Assembly: GCA_046758705.1 (NCBI GenBank)
Contig: JBHIAT010000086.1
Span: forward strand, 1-14,764
DNA from: Candidatus Bipolaricaulia bacterium
GTDB taxonomy: Bacteria > Bipolaricaulota > Bipolaricaulia > JBHIAT01
DNA: 14,764 nt
Direction of reading: 5' to 3'
The notes beneath the pieces are model-generated. The model did not search any database. It had not been told where the DNA came from and saw nothing but the letters and a program-made list of their open reading frames with translations. Positions 1-8,999 of this stretch are shown one piece after another. The position numbers and the translations under genes are program-made. Numbering within the stretch: the stretch's first letter is position 1; each line of letters begins with the position of its first letter.

Positions 1-72
1 AGAGATGAGAGAGATGAGGGTGGAAGGGGGGTAGCTCTTATGTCGTAATTTCAGTTCCTATGGCCTATGGAC

Positions 73-85
73 TTGTACAGTACAA
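73..85. promoter_or_regulatory. Palindromic operator candidate TTGTAC-A-GTACAA overlapping the -35 box
   Basis: Perfect 6-1-6 inverted repeat read directly from the sequence. Confidence 0.4.
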
Positions 86-102
86 AGCAAAGGGTGTATA
101 AT
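73..102 (+). promoter_or_regulatory. Putative sigma70-type promoter for the M16 peptidase pair
   Basis: TTGTAC at 73-78, an 18-nt spacer and a perfect TATAAT at 97-102, in AT-rich DNA about 100 nt upstream of the ATG at 200. A GAGGA RBS-like motif precedes that ATG. Confidence 0.65.
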
Positions 103-199
103 AAAGGGTGAAGAAAAACTACTTTAGCTTCTGGTTAGGGTCTGTTAGGACCCCATCAAGATAGCAGTACAGGCTGCAATTCTACAAACCGAGGATTCT

Positions 200-960
200 A
201 TGTTCAGGCTCGGACGACATTTCGACGGACGAACTCTATCTCTGACCGCTTCCCTATTGCTGGTGATTTTGATTTTGACTTTGACTTTGGTCGTTGTCAA
301 CGCTCAACCCCAGGATCTCCGGCTCCGGGAGGCGGTCCAGGAATACACGCTGGAGAACGGGCTCAAAGTCCTGATGCTGAGGCGGGAGCGTTCACCGACG
401 ATCTCCTTCCAGGTCGCGTTCTGCTAGAAAAGCTGGATGAGCTGGCCGAGGAACTCATTAACGCCAGGGACGAGGGCAAGCCTGAGGCAGAGATCGAGCG
501 ATTGCAGCAGGCGTTTGAAGCGACTCAGGCGGAGGCACAAACGTACATAGAGGCCGAGGAATTCAGCAGAATATACGATGAAGAGCGGCTCGCCCTGTCG
601 GTTAATACCGGAACCACACCCGCAGATCGCTACGCTAACCTGTTCTTCTTCCACGGCGTCCCCCGGGCCCCTCATATGACCGAGGAGCTGGAGCGGCTCA
701 AGGCCGAACCGGTCACCGAACAGGAGCTTCAGAAGGTCAAGAATCGGGTGCGGGCAGGTTTCATTTTCAGTCTCCAATCGAACGGGGGTTTAGCCGCTCA
801 GCTCGCCTTTTTCGAAGCGTTCTTTGGCAGCTGGGAGAGGATGTTGGAGTACGCCGATATCATTGAATCGATCACCACTGAGGAGATCATGGAGGTCGCC
901 CAAAAGTTCTTCATCGAAGAGAATCGGACAGTAGCCACGCTGGTGGAAGAGCAGGGATAA
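200..960 (+). pseudogene. M16 (pitrilysin/insulinase) family peptidase, catalytic-type subunit; frameshifted and internally deleted
   Basis: 200-420 encodes a signal peptide plus EYTLENGLKVLMLRRERSPTISFQVAF (M16 N-terminus) and stops at 427. A different frame from 421 reads LLEKLDELAEELINARDEGKPEAEIERLQQAFEATQAEAQTYIEAEEFSRIYDEE and then moves to C-terminal-domain motifs (RYANLFFF, ELERLKAEPVTEQELQKVKN, ITTEEIMEVAQKFFIEENRTVATL). No HXXEH motif is present. The pieces total about 250 codons, against 484 aa for the neighbouring paralogue. Confidence 0.85.
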
Positions 961-964
961 AGAA

Positions 965-2419
965 ATGGTGATACGGGGCAAGCGCCGGCCGTTGGTGCAA
1001 GGTATGATCTCGGTCTTGATTGCAGCTGTGCTGCTGCTCGGGACAGCTCCCGGTTTGGCCGAATCCCCATCCAATTCCAATTCTGATATCGCGTTCCCCG
1101 ATCCTGCTGAGCTCGTCTTCCCACCCATTGAGTTCACGCCGTCGGAACCGGAGCGGGTGGAGCTGGAGAACGGGATGGTTCTCTACCTGCTCGAGGATCA
1201 CGAACTGCCGATCGTGGAGGCGAGGGCGTTCATTCGAGCGGACTCGGTCTACGACTCGCTTGATAAGGCGGGTCTGGCCTCACTGACCACTCAGGTGATG
1301 AGAACGGGCGGCACGGAACGTATGACTGGAGACGAGTTGGACGAACGGCTGGAGTTTCTTGCGGCTTCGGCGTCGACTTCCAGGTTCTCCACATTGACCG
1401 AACATCTGGATGAGGTGATCGGGATATTCGCCGATATCTTGATGCATCCGGTCTTCGAGGCGGAGAAGCTGGAGCTGGCCAAGCAGCGCACCCTGGAACG
1501 GATCCGGCGGGAGAACGATCGGCCGACCCAGGTGGCGGTACGCGAGTTCACCAAGCGCGTGACCGAAGGACATCCGCTCAGCCGGTTTTCCACGGAGGAG
1601 ACGATCCGAAACATCACCCGGGAGGACCTCGTCCAGTTCCATCAGAGGTTTTACCATCCCAACAACCTGGTTCTCGCCGTCGCTGGAGATTTCCAAACAG
1701 ACGAGCTGATCGAGAAGATCCAAACCGCGTTTGCGGAATGGGAGCCTGTGGAGATCGATTTCCCCGAGATTCCGCCGCTGGGGCCCGAATCGGAGCGGGT
1801 CGTCTACTATGCGCCGAAGCAGGTCGGTCAGAGCACCATTATCATGGGGCATCCGGCGCTACAGCAGCGCGATCCCGACTTCACCCCGTTCACCCTGATG
1901 AACCGAATCCTGGGAGGTAGCCCGGCTGCGGACGACCGGCTGTTCCGGGAGATCCGAGCGAGGCGGGGTCTGGCGTATGCAGTTGGCAGCTTTCTTTCAG
2001 GCGGGCAACGCTTCCGCGGGATCTTCGGAGCGTTTTCCATCACGCGAGCCGACGCGACCGGTACGGCCATCCAGCTCCTCCTGGAAGAGCTCGAGCGGAT
2101 CCGGACCGAGCCGGTCAGCCAAGGGGAGCTGGAGAAGACCAAAAACGCCATCATCAACCGGTTCGTGTTCCAATACACCTCGGCGCTACAGATTGCAGCT
2201 CGGGCCGCCTCCCTGGAATATAATGACCTCCCCCAGGACTACGACAGGACTTTTCTGGAGCAGGTCAGAGACGTGACCTCGGAGGAGATCATGCGGGTGG
2301 CCCAACAGTACCTGCGTCCGGATGAGATCGTGATCATGGTGGGGGGGGATCGGGAGCTATTCGACCTCGATCTGGAGATCTTCGGAGAGGTCGTCACCAT
2401 CGATCTAGAGCAGGAATAG
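965..2419 (+). CDS. M16B family peptidase, non-catalytic (R/Y motif) subunit with signal peptide
   Basis: 484-aa ORF with a signal peptide ending PGLA, ELENGMVLYLLEDHELP, FHQRFYHPNNLVLAVAGDF and RLFREIRARRGLAY (R/Y motif). GLASLTTQVM stands in place of HXXEH, as is typical of the partner subunit. Confidence 0.92.
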   Translation: MVIRGKRRPLVQGMISVLIAAVLLLGTAPGLAESPSNSNSDIAFPDPAELVFPPIEFTPSEPERVELENGMVLYLLEDHELPIVEARAFIRADSVYDSLDKAGLASLTTQVMRTGGTERMTGDELDERLEFLAASASTSRFSTLTEHLDEVIGIFADILMHPVFEAEKLELAKQRTLERIRRENDRPTQVAVREFTKRVTEGHPLSRFSTEETIRNITREDLVQFHQRFYHPNNLVLAVAGDFQTDELIEKIQTAFAEWEPVEIDFPEIPPLGPESERVVYYAPKQVGQSTIIMGHPALQQRDPDFTPFTLMNRILGGSPAADDRLFREIRARRGLAYAVGSFLSGGQRFRGIFGAFSITRADATGTAIQLLLEELERIRTEPVSQGELEKTKNAIINRFVFQYTSALQIAARAASLEYNDLPQDYDRTFLEQVRDVTSEEIMRVAQQYLRPDEIVIMVGGDRELFDLDLEIFGEVVTIDLEQE

Positions 2420-2427
2420 AAGTCGGA

Positions 2428-2464
2428 GTTTCAATCACCTACTGCGTCCATTCCTCTTCCTTCT
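2428..2464 (-). repeat. Single CRISPR-repeat-like sequence (no array)
   Basis: The minus strand reads AGAAGGAAGAGGAATGGACGCAGTAGGTGATTGAAAC (37 nt) and ends in the ATTGAAAC handle typical of type I/III repeats. Only one copy was seen and there are no cas genes in the window. Confidence 0.35.
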
Positions 2465-2631
2465 CCTGTTAATCCAACTTACTTCTGGACTGGCACGGTA
2501 TAAGAACGATGGCTGAGCGCTTATCCTGTTTGAGTTTGCCATTGGGTTGACTGGATCTCTCTACGAATCTCTATCCAGGCATTCTCAGAGTGAATTAGTA
2601 TTAGAGATTGATCTCCAGGAGGTCTTTTGAC

Positions 2632-2652
2632 GGTGGATGGTGGATGGTAGGT
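2632..2652. repeat. Short heptamer tandem repeat GGTGGAT x2 plus GGTAGGT
   Basis: Read directly; it abuts the stop codon of the 852-aa VWA gene. Confidence 0.55.
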
Positions 2653-5210
2653 CACCCAACCCGGCCCGACCTCCATGACAGCCACAACGGTGTCAGTTGA
2701 CGCAGGGCAAGGTCGAGGATGAATAGCAGCAGCGAGGCGATCAGCCCTTCCCGCCATAGATCGCGATATTCGACCGCCGCCTCCCGCCCGTTCGCACCCA
2801 GGACCGCCTCGACGGGATCGGTGATGTACTGCCCGTCGGTGGCTCTGGCGATTCGCTCCAGGATCTCAGCGTTTAACCCGATGCGGCGGAACTCCTGTGG
2901 GTAAGGGACCGTGACGGCTTGCTCCACGGTGTGCACCGTCCCTTCCCCCTCCGCCTGGAGGCGGAGCAAGTAACTCCCCTGAGCCAGGTCAGATAAGGAA
3001 ACTTGATAGCGGCCGGGTGCCACCTGGGTCAGTTGAATTTCTTGGGTGGGTTGGTTCACGGAGACGAGCTGGCCGTGGACATTCAGGAAGTTCATCCAGT
3101 TCCCGCTTTCTTGGGCGTCGGCTGTGATGGTGAGTCCCTCCTCGGTGAGCTCGGTTCCCACACGGAGGTTCTCCGTTGCGACCACCTCTCCGTAAACCTC
3201 CCGGATCGTCCCCCCGAACAGGTTTGACAATCGGTCCCACAGGATCCATCCCTCGGACCACCTGCCCCGCAGGTCGGTGTTCAAGACCGCCACCTTGCCG
3301 AGCCCGTAGCGCCAGAAGGCGAGCACCGGATCGCCCTGATCTGAGACGAGCGCTGTCAGCGCCGTAGGTTTCGGGTAGGTCAGGACATAGCCATCCAGCT
3401 CAGGGATCTCATCGATTTCGAGGTCATCGAAGACACCGGTATACGGCCCGCGCTTGATCGGGATGTCTCCGGTCACCCAGCGGCGTTGAGCGACCCGGCG
3501 AGTCTCCTTGACGGAGATCTGGGGCAGGCGCCTGATGTCATCAACCAAATACAGATCTCCACCGCCAACCTGCGAGATCGCCCTGAGGATCTCAACATCA
3601 GGACGTTCACCGATGCCAATCGCCGAGGCCGTTATCCGGTTCTCCCGGATCTGGGCGAGCAGCCCCCGGAAGTTTCGTCCCTCCTGAATGACCTTGCCGT
3701 CGGTGAAGACGATGATATGCTTGAGAAGTGCATCGACCTCAACAATCTTGCGGAACGCGTCCTCCAGAGCGTAGTAGAGATCCGTCCCCCCTCCGGCGCG
3801 AAGCTCCCTCAACTGTCGGTAGATCTCCCGTCGGTCGCCCGCTTTCTGAATGTCAGCGATCCATTCAAAGTCCCGGGAGAAGCCGATGATCCCAACCAGG
3901 TCCTCCTCCTCAAGGATCTCGATGCTCGCCGCTGCTGCCTCCTTGAGCAACTCGATCTTGTGAACGCCGCCCGCATAGCCACCCATGCTGCCAGACCTGT
4001 CGAGCACGAAGACGATGGCGATCGACGGGATCTCCACCCGTTGGGGCCGTTCGTAGGAGATCGGGAGCAGCGTCTCGAACTCAGTCCGTTGGAGTCCCGA
4101 GACCGCCTCCCCGCCCTGGATGACCACCATTCCCCCACCCAGGTCCCGGACATACCGCCTCAGCGCTTCGATCTGGGCGAGGTTCAGCGCCCCAATCGGG
4201 ATGTCCTCCAGGATGATCACCTTGTAGGAGGAGAGGGCAGGCAGCGTTGCGACCCAATCACCGAAGGCGGCGTGTTGGAATCGATAGCCGGCCCGGGTTA
4301 ACAGCTGCGCCACCGCTCCAGGTTCAGGTCCAGGCTCCCCTTCGACCAGCAGGATCCCCGGGCTCCCGGTCGCGGAGGTCATCCCCGACAACCTGTTGTT
4401 CTCAAACGTCAGGTCCTCCCCTCCCTGGATATAAACGCGGTAATGGTATGACCCGGGCTCATCGATCCGATCCGAGAGCCGGATGATGTTCGATCCCTCG
4501 GTGAGCGCCACTGGGATCAGGGAGCGGTACTGGCCATTTCGGTAGAGGATCAACTCTGCAATGCCGGTGTGTGTTGTTGATGCCTGCACCCGCATGTGGA
4601 ACGGGATGCCGACATCGACCTGGTTCGGGACTTGGAACGTCTCCACCCACAGTTCGTCCCCGACCGGTTCGATCGGCAGGACCGAGATTCGGATGCCTGC
4701 CTCCCTGGCCCGCCCCAGGGTCGCCTCCAGCCTCTGATCTCCGATCGTGAGATTGCCGTCGCTCATCAGGATGATCTCCCGATTCCCCGCCGGGAAGGTC
4801 TCCAAGGCGAGGTCCAGAGCGGCCGCGATGTCGGTCCCGGTCGTGAGCACCTCGGTCTCGGGCTCAAGCGTGAGCGATCCGGTGAAGCCGCTTTCGATGT
4901 GGGGTTCCTCGCCGAAGACGATCAGACCATATCGGTTGTGCGGCTCCGGAATCGCCATCGTCTTGATCCGTTCGAAGATCTGCGACCGAGCCGCCATCAG
5001 GCTGTCGGAGAGGTCGGCGACGAAGTAGATATAGTTCGTCCGTACCTGCCTCCCCCACTGCGGTCCCGCCAGAGTCACCAGCAGAAGGATGACCACCAAT
5101 CCACGGATCGCCAGATACGGGCGTTCCCGGAGCCTGTGCCTGTTGAGATAAAGGTAGATCGGAACGATCGATACCAGGATCAGGATCCAGGGATGTTCAA
5201 ACCGGAACAT
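2652..5210 (-). CDS. Membrane-anchored double-VWA protein with Ig-like and class I glutamine-amidotransferase-like domains
   Basis: 852 aa. N-terminal BatA-like double TM (FRFEHPWILIL...LAGPQW); VWA1 (DLSDS, GTDIAAAL, MSDG); Ig-like segment ending ENNRL; GATase-like segment (YKVIILED...YVRDLGGGMVVIQG and PVLAFWRYGLGKVAV); VWA2 (DRSGSM, GGTDL, FTDG); C-terminal TM (LLLFILDLALR). The RBS lies in the GGA-repeat tail of the upstream gene. Confidence 0.92.
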   Translation of the reverse strand: MFRFEHPWILILVSIVPIYLYLNRHRLRERPYLAIRGLVVILLLVTLAGPQWGRQVRTNYIYFVADLSDSLMAARSQIFERIKTMAIPEPHNRYGLIVFGEEPHIESGFTGSLTLEPETEVLTTGTDIAAALDLALETFPAGNREIILMSDGNLTIGDQRLEATLGRAREAGIRISVLPIEPVGDELWVETFQVPNQVDVGIPFHMRVQASTTHTGIAELILYRNGQYRSLIPVALTEGSNIIRLSDRIDEPGSYHYRVYIQGGEDLTFENNRLSGMTSATGSPGILLVEGEPGPEPGAVAQLLTRAGYRFQHAAFGDWVATLPALSSYKVIILEDIPIGALNLAQIEALRRYVRDLGGGMVVIQGGEAVSGLQRTEFETLLPISYERPQRVEIPSIAIVFVLDRSGSMGGYAGGVHKIELLKEAAAASIEILEEEDLVGIIGFSRDFEWIADIQKAGDRREIYRQLRELRAGGGTDLYYALEDAFRKIVEVDALLKHIIVFTDGKVIQEGRNFRGLLAQIRENRITASAIGIGERPDVEILRAISQVGGGDLYLVDDIRRLPQISVKETRRVAQRRWVTGDIPIKRGPYTGVFDDLEIDEIPELDGYVLTYPKPTALTALVSDQGDPVLAFWRYGLGKVAVLNTDLRGRWSEGWILWDRLSNLFGGTIREVYGEVVATENLRVGTELTEEGLTITADAQESGNWMNFLNVHGQLVSVNQPTQEIQLTQVAPGRYQVSLSDLAQGSYLLRLQAEGEGTVHTVEQAVTVPYPQEFRRIGLNAEILERIARATDGQYITDPVEAVLGANGREAAVEYRDLWREGLIASLLLFILDLALRQLTPLWLSWRSGRVG

Positions 5211-5213
5211 CGA

Positions 5214-7082
5214 TTACTTTCCTCCTCCTCCTATGCTTCCTTGCGCTTTCGTCTCTGTCTTCGACCGAAGGCGGAATAGCGAGCGATCGTAATAACTGAA
5301 CTCTATCAGGAGCAGTACCAGTCCCCCCAGCGCGAGGTACCGCCACAGGACCGTGCGTTGCTCGACCTTCCGCCCCCCCACGAAGCGCCCGCCTATGTTC
5401 GCTCCGACCCCGGTTCCGGGGCCGCTCTCGACGCGGAGATCAGACTCTGAGACCGGGATATTGACAGCAAACGACAGGAGTTGCAGTCCTCGTCCTTGTC
5501 CTTGCTCTTCCCCGGTGCGGATGCGATAGAAGCCGGGCAGCTCGGTGTACAGGAACGCATCCTCCGCCTCGACGAGGTGGACCTGATCATCAGGCCCGGT
5601 CACGACCGACGGGTTCAGGCCGTCCAGGGGAAGCGCATCACCGACCTCGAGCGACTGGTAAACGATCTCAGGAGAGAGCCATCTCAGGATATTTCCGATG
5701 AGGATCGGAAAGTCAACGGTCAGCAGAATGTTCGAATCATAGAGATCGAACCCGAGGAGGGCGAGCCGCATCCCACCAGTTTCCAGCAGATAGAGGACCG
5801 GATGTCCTTCGGAGGCGATCAGGGTCCGACCCGTCTCCGGGAGTTGATAATCAAGGAGCCGGGCGATCCTGATATCGTTCACCTCGACGTTGTTTAGGAT
5901 CGAATGTTCTCCCTCCGGTAACTCCAGAGGTCCCTCACCCACCTCCAGCATCTCGACCGGTGTAATCAGGGGAGGGAGGGTGGCATTCACCAAGAGCAGA
6001 TTACCGCCGATCGGCTCAGGGAGGGCCGCACGGTGTACGACGATCAAGTCGTAAGTCTCGTAGAAATCGGGATCTACGGATGTGCGTATCCTGAACCCTC
6101 CAGAGACCTCGATCGCCTCACGCAGGAACCGGTTCTCCTCGCCGATCCACAGGACCTCACCCTGGAGCTCCTGCAGCAACGTGAAGTAACGCACGTTGTC
6201 CTCGGGCAGATCGTCGTCAACATCGATCGCGGCGACGAACTCCTGGCTGCCGGAATCGACATAGGGGAAGAAGTACGCCTGCCGCTCCCTGGGTGGGAGG
6301 GTGATCGCCTGGACGATCGCCTCCCCACCCACCCGTACCTCAAGTTCCGTGTTCACGTACTCATCGGTGTAGTTGCTGACCACCGCGAACACCGAGGTGC
6401 CGCTCCCTTCCTCGGGCGCCCGGCGAACATTGAATGCCGTGATCGCCACGTTCCTTTCGCTTCCCCCGATTCGGATCGTCTCGAACGGGAGATCTCCGAC
6501 GGGCCGGTCGGTGAGGAACAGGATCCGTTCGAACTCGCCGATATCCCGCTGACTGTTAATCAGTTCGATCGCTTCGCTGATGCGGCCGTCTCCCTCGAAG
6601 GTGAGTCGGGAGTCGCGCAATCTGTCGACCACCTCCGGGACCTCCTCGGTGAGCGGTGCGAGGAGTCTACTGCGGGCACTCACCTGGACGGCCATGAGCT
6701 GGTGAGGAGCACCCGCCTCGATCAGCTCGATGGCCTGATTCACGGCCCGCTCGTACCGTGTGGTCCCATCCTCGGCTCGGGCGCCCATGCTGGCACTGCC
6801 GTCGATCAGGATCGCCCAGAACGTCTCCTCTCGATCGCGAAGTAGGGTCGGATTGGCCAGACCGAGCACCAGCAGCGCCAGGATGAGAAGCTGGATGAAC
6901 AGCAACAGATTCCGTCTCACCTTGAGCAGGTTGAACGCGCTCCGTGTGCTTTCCTGGACCTGCTCCCAGAGGAACAGGGCCGAGACCTGATGGGTCCGTT
7001 CTCGCTGCCTGAGAAAATAGAGCAACAGGATAATCCCCGCGAGTCCCAACCAATAGAAGGCAGCAGGATTCAGTAGGCTCAC
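5214..7082 (-). CDS. BatA N-terminal plus VWA domain membrane protein
   Basis: 622 aa with MSLLNPAAFYWLGLAGIILLLYFLR...VSALFLW...LLLFIQLLILALLVLGLANP (BatA-type), IDGSASM, DDLPEDNVRY and FPILIGNILRWL, plus a C-terminal TM LWRYLALGGLVLLLIE. The GTG start overlaps the DUF58 stop (GTGA). Confidence 0.9.
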   Translation of the reverse strand: MSLLNPAAFYWLGLAGIILLLYFLRQRERTHQVSALFLWEQVQESTRSAFNLLKVRRNLLLFIQLLILALLVLGLANPTLLRDREETFWAILIDGSASMGARAEDGTTRYERAVNQAIELIEAGAPHQLMAVQVSARSRLLAPLTEEVPEVVDRLRDSRLTFEGDGRISEAIELINSQRDIGEFERILFLTDRPVGDLPFETIRIGGSERNVAITAFNVRRAPEEGSGTSVFAVVSNYTDEYVNTELEVRVGGEAIVQAITLPPRERQAYFFPYVDSGSQEFVAAIDVDDDLPEDNVRYFTLLQELQGEVLWIGEENRFLREAIEVSGGFRIRTSVDPDFYETYDLIVVHRAALPEPIGGNLLLVNATLPPLITPVEMLEVGEGPLELPEGEHSILNNVEVNDIRIARLLDYQLPETGRTLIASEGHPVLYLLETGGMRLALLGFDLYDSNILLTVDFPILIGNILRWLSPEIVYQSLEVGDALPLDGLNPSVVTGPDDQVHLVEAEDAFLYTELPGFYRIRTGEEQGQGRGLQLLSFAVNIPVSESDLRVESGPGTGVGANIGGRFVGGRKVEQRTVLWRYLALGGLVLLLIEFSYYDRSLFRLRSKTETKAQGSIGGGGK

Positions 7083-7951
7083 TTGATAAACGTCCCCCGC
7101 TTCAGGTATTCGAAGACCGCCTGTTCAAGCGGTATTGAGGTGGGGAGAACCAGGTGTTCGATCCCCCGTTCCAAGCAGAATCTTCTCAGGCGCTCCAGGT
7201 GTTCGGATAGCGCTTGGACGTAAAGATTCCGGGTGCGATCGCCGACCGCGAGCGTCAGGTGTTGCGTGTCATCCTCCACATCCTCAAGCCTCATGTCCCC
7301 GTCGATCTGCGGGGAGAGGTCGGCCTCAGCGAGGATCTGGAGCGCGACGACATCGAATCGCTTGTACAACAGATGAGCCAGTCCCTCCTCGGAGCCGTCC
7401 TCGCTCAGGAAGTCACTGACGATCACGGCCAGGCCACTTTCCACGTGGCGCCTCACGAACTCCTCCAACGACGCGTTGAGCGCCGTCTCCCCCGCTGGAG
7501 AGATGGCCTTCAGGTAGTCGAAGATCTTGAAGATCTGAGCGGTTCCGTGGCGGGGACGGACTCCCTCCCTGAGGGTCTCAGAGAATGGGAAGACCCCGAC
7601 CCGGTTCAGATGCTTCAGGCCGAGATAGCTGAGCGCCGCGGCGAGCTTCGCCCCATACTGGAGTTTCCCCTCGATCGTCATCGAACGGCTCACATCCAAA
7701 AGCAGGTAGATGGGAATATCCTCCTCCCGGGAGAAGACCTTGATGAATAGTCGGTCCAACCGCCCGTAGATGTTCCAATCGACGTAACGGAGGTCATCGC
7801 CGGGGAAGTAGTTGCGGTAGTCGGCAAACTCCAGGCTCACCCCCGAACGGGGGGAGTAGTGGCTTCCGCCGATCTGGCCGCGGAACCGGCCCTTCACGAT
7901 GAATCTCAAGTTCTCCAGCCGTCTCAGGAACTCCTCATCCAGAAAGTCCAT
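7079..7951 (-). CDS. DUF58 family protein (MoxR-associated, VWA-like)
   Basis: EFADYRNYFPGDDLRYVDWNIYGR, LLDVSRSM and VIVSDF. The start is revised to the ATG at 7951 (MDFLDEEFL), which follows AGGAGG. The track's longer start merely runs through the REP. Confidence 0.93.
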   Translation of the reverse strand: MDFLDEEFLRRLENLRFIVKGRFRGQIGGSHYSPRSGVSLEFADYRNYFPGDDLRYVDWNIYGRLDRLFIKVFSREEDIPIYLLLDVSRSMTIEGKLQYGAKLAAALSYLGLKHLNRVGVFPFSETLREGVRPRHGTAQIFKIFDYLKAISPAGETALNASLEEFVRRHVESGLAVIVSDFLSEDGSEEGLAHLLYKRFDVVALQILAEADLSPQIDGDMRLEDVEDDTQHLTLAVGDRTRNLYVQALSEHLERLRRFCLERGIEHLVLPTSIPLEQAVFEYLKRGTFIK

Positions 7952-7973
7952 AGCCCTCCTGCCCTTCTGACTC

Positions 7974-7998
7974 GTAGGGGCAGGTTTCAAACCTGTCT

Positions 7999-8002
<4 letters not shown>
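7974..8002. repeat. GTAG-family REP-like palindrome
   Basis: GTAGGGGCAGGTTT-C-AAACCTGTCTCTAC: 14-bp arms with two G-T mismatches and GTAG/CTAC termini. Confidence 0.8.
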
Positions 8003-8976
<974 letters not shown>

Positions 8977-8999
8977 CTTTGCCTCTCGTTTCCGTTGAT

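Noticed and set aside
405..430. Programmed -1 frameshift rescuing the first M16 gene
   Set aside because: There is no slippery heptamer at the junction, and the product would still lack HXXEH and much of the core.
424..2276. Minus-strand and alternate-frame ORFs over the M16 genes
   Set aside because: They overlap clear M16 coding sequence and have no motifs.
2491..2506. TGGCACG as a sigma54 -24 box
   Set aside because: There is no TTGC at the -12 position and no + strand gene downstream.
2420..2651. A true CRISPR array or an intrinsic terminator between the convergent genes
   Set aside because: No second repeat copy was found, and there is no strong GC hairpin followed by a U-tract.
2521..2757. 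78-aa minus-strand ORF crossing the end of the VWA gene
   Set aside because: It overlaps the 852-aa gene in another frame, runs through a tandem repeat and has no motifs.
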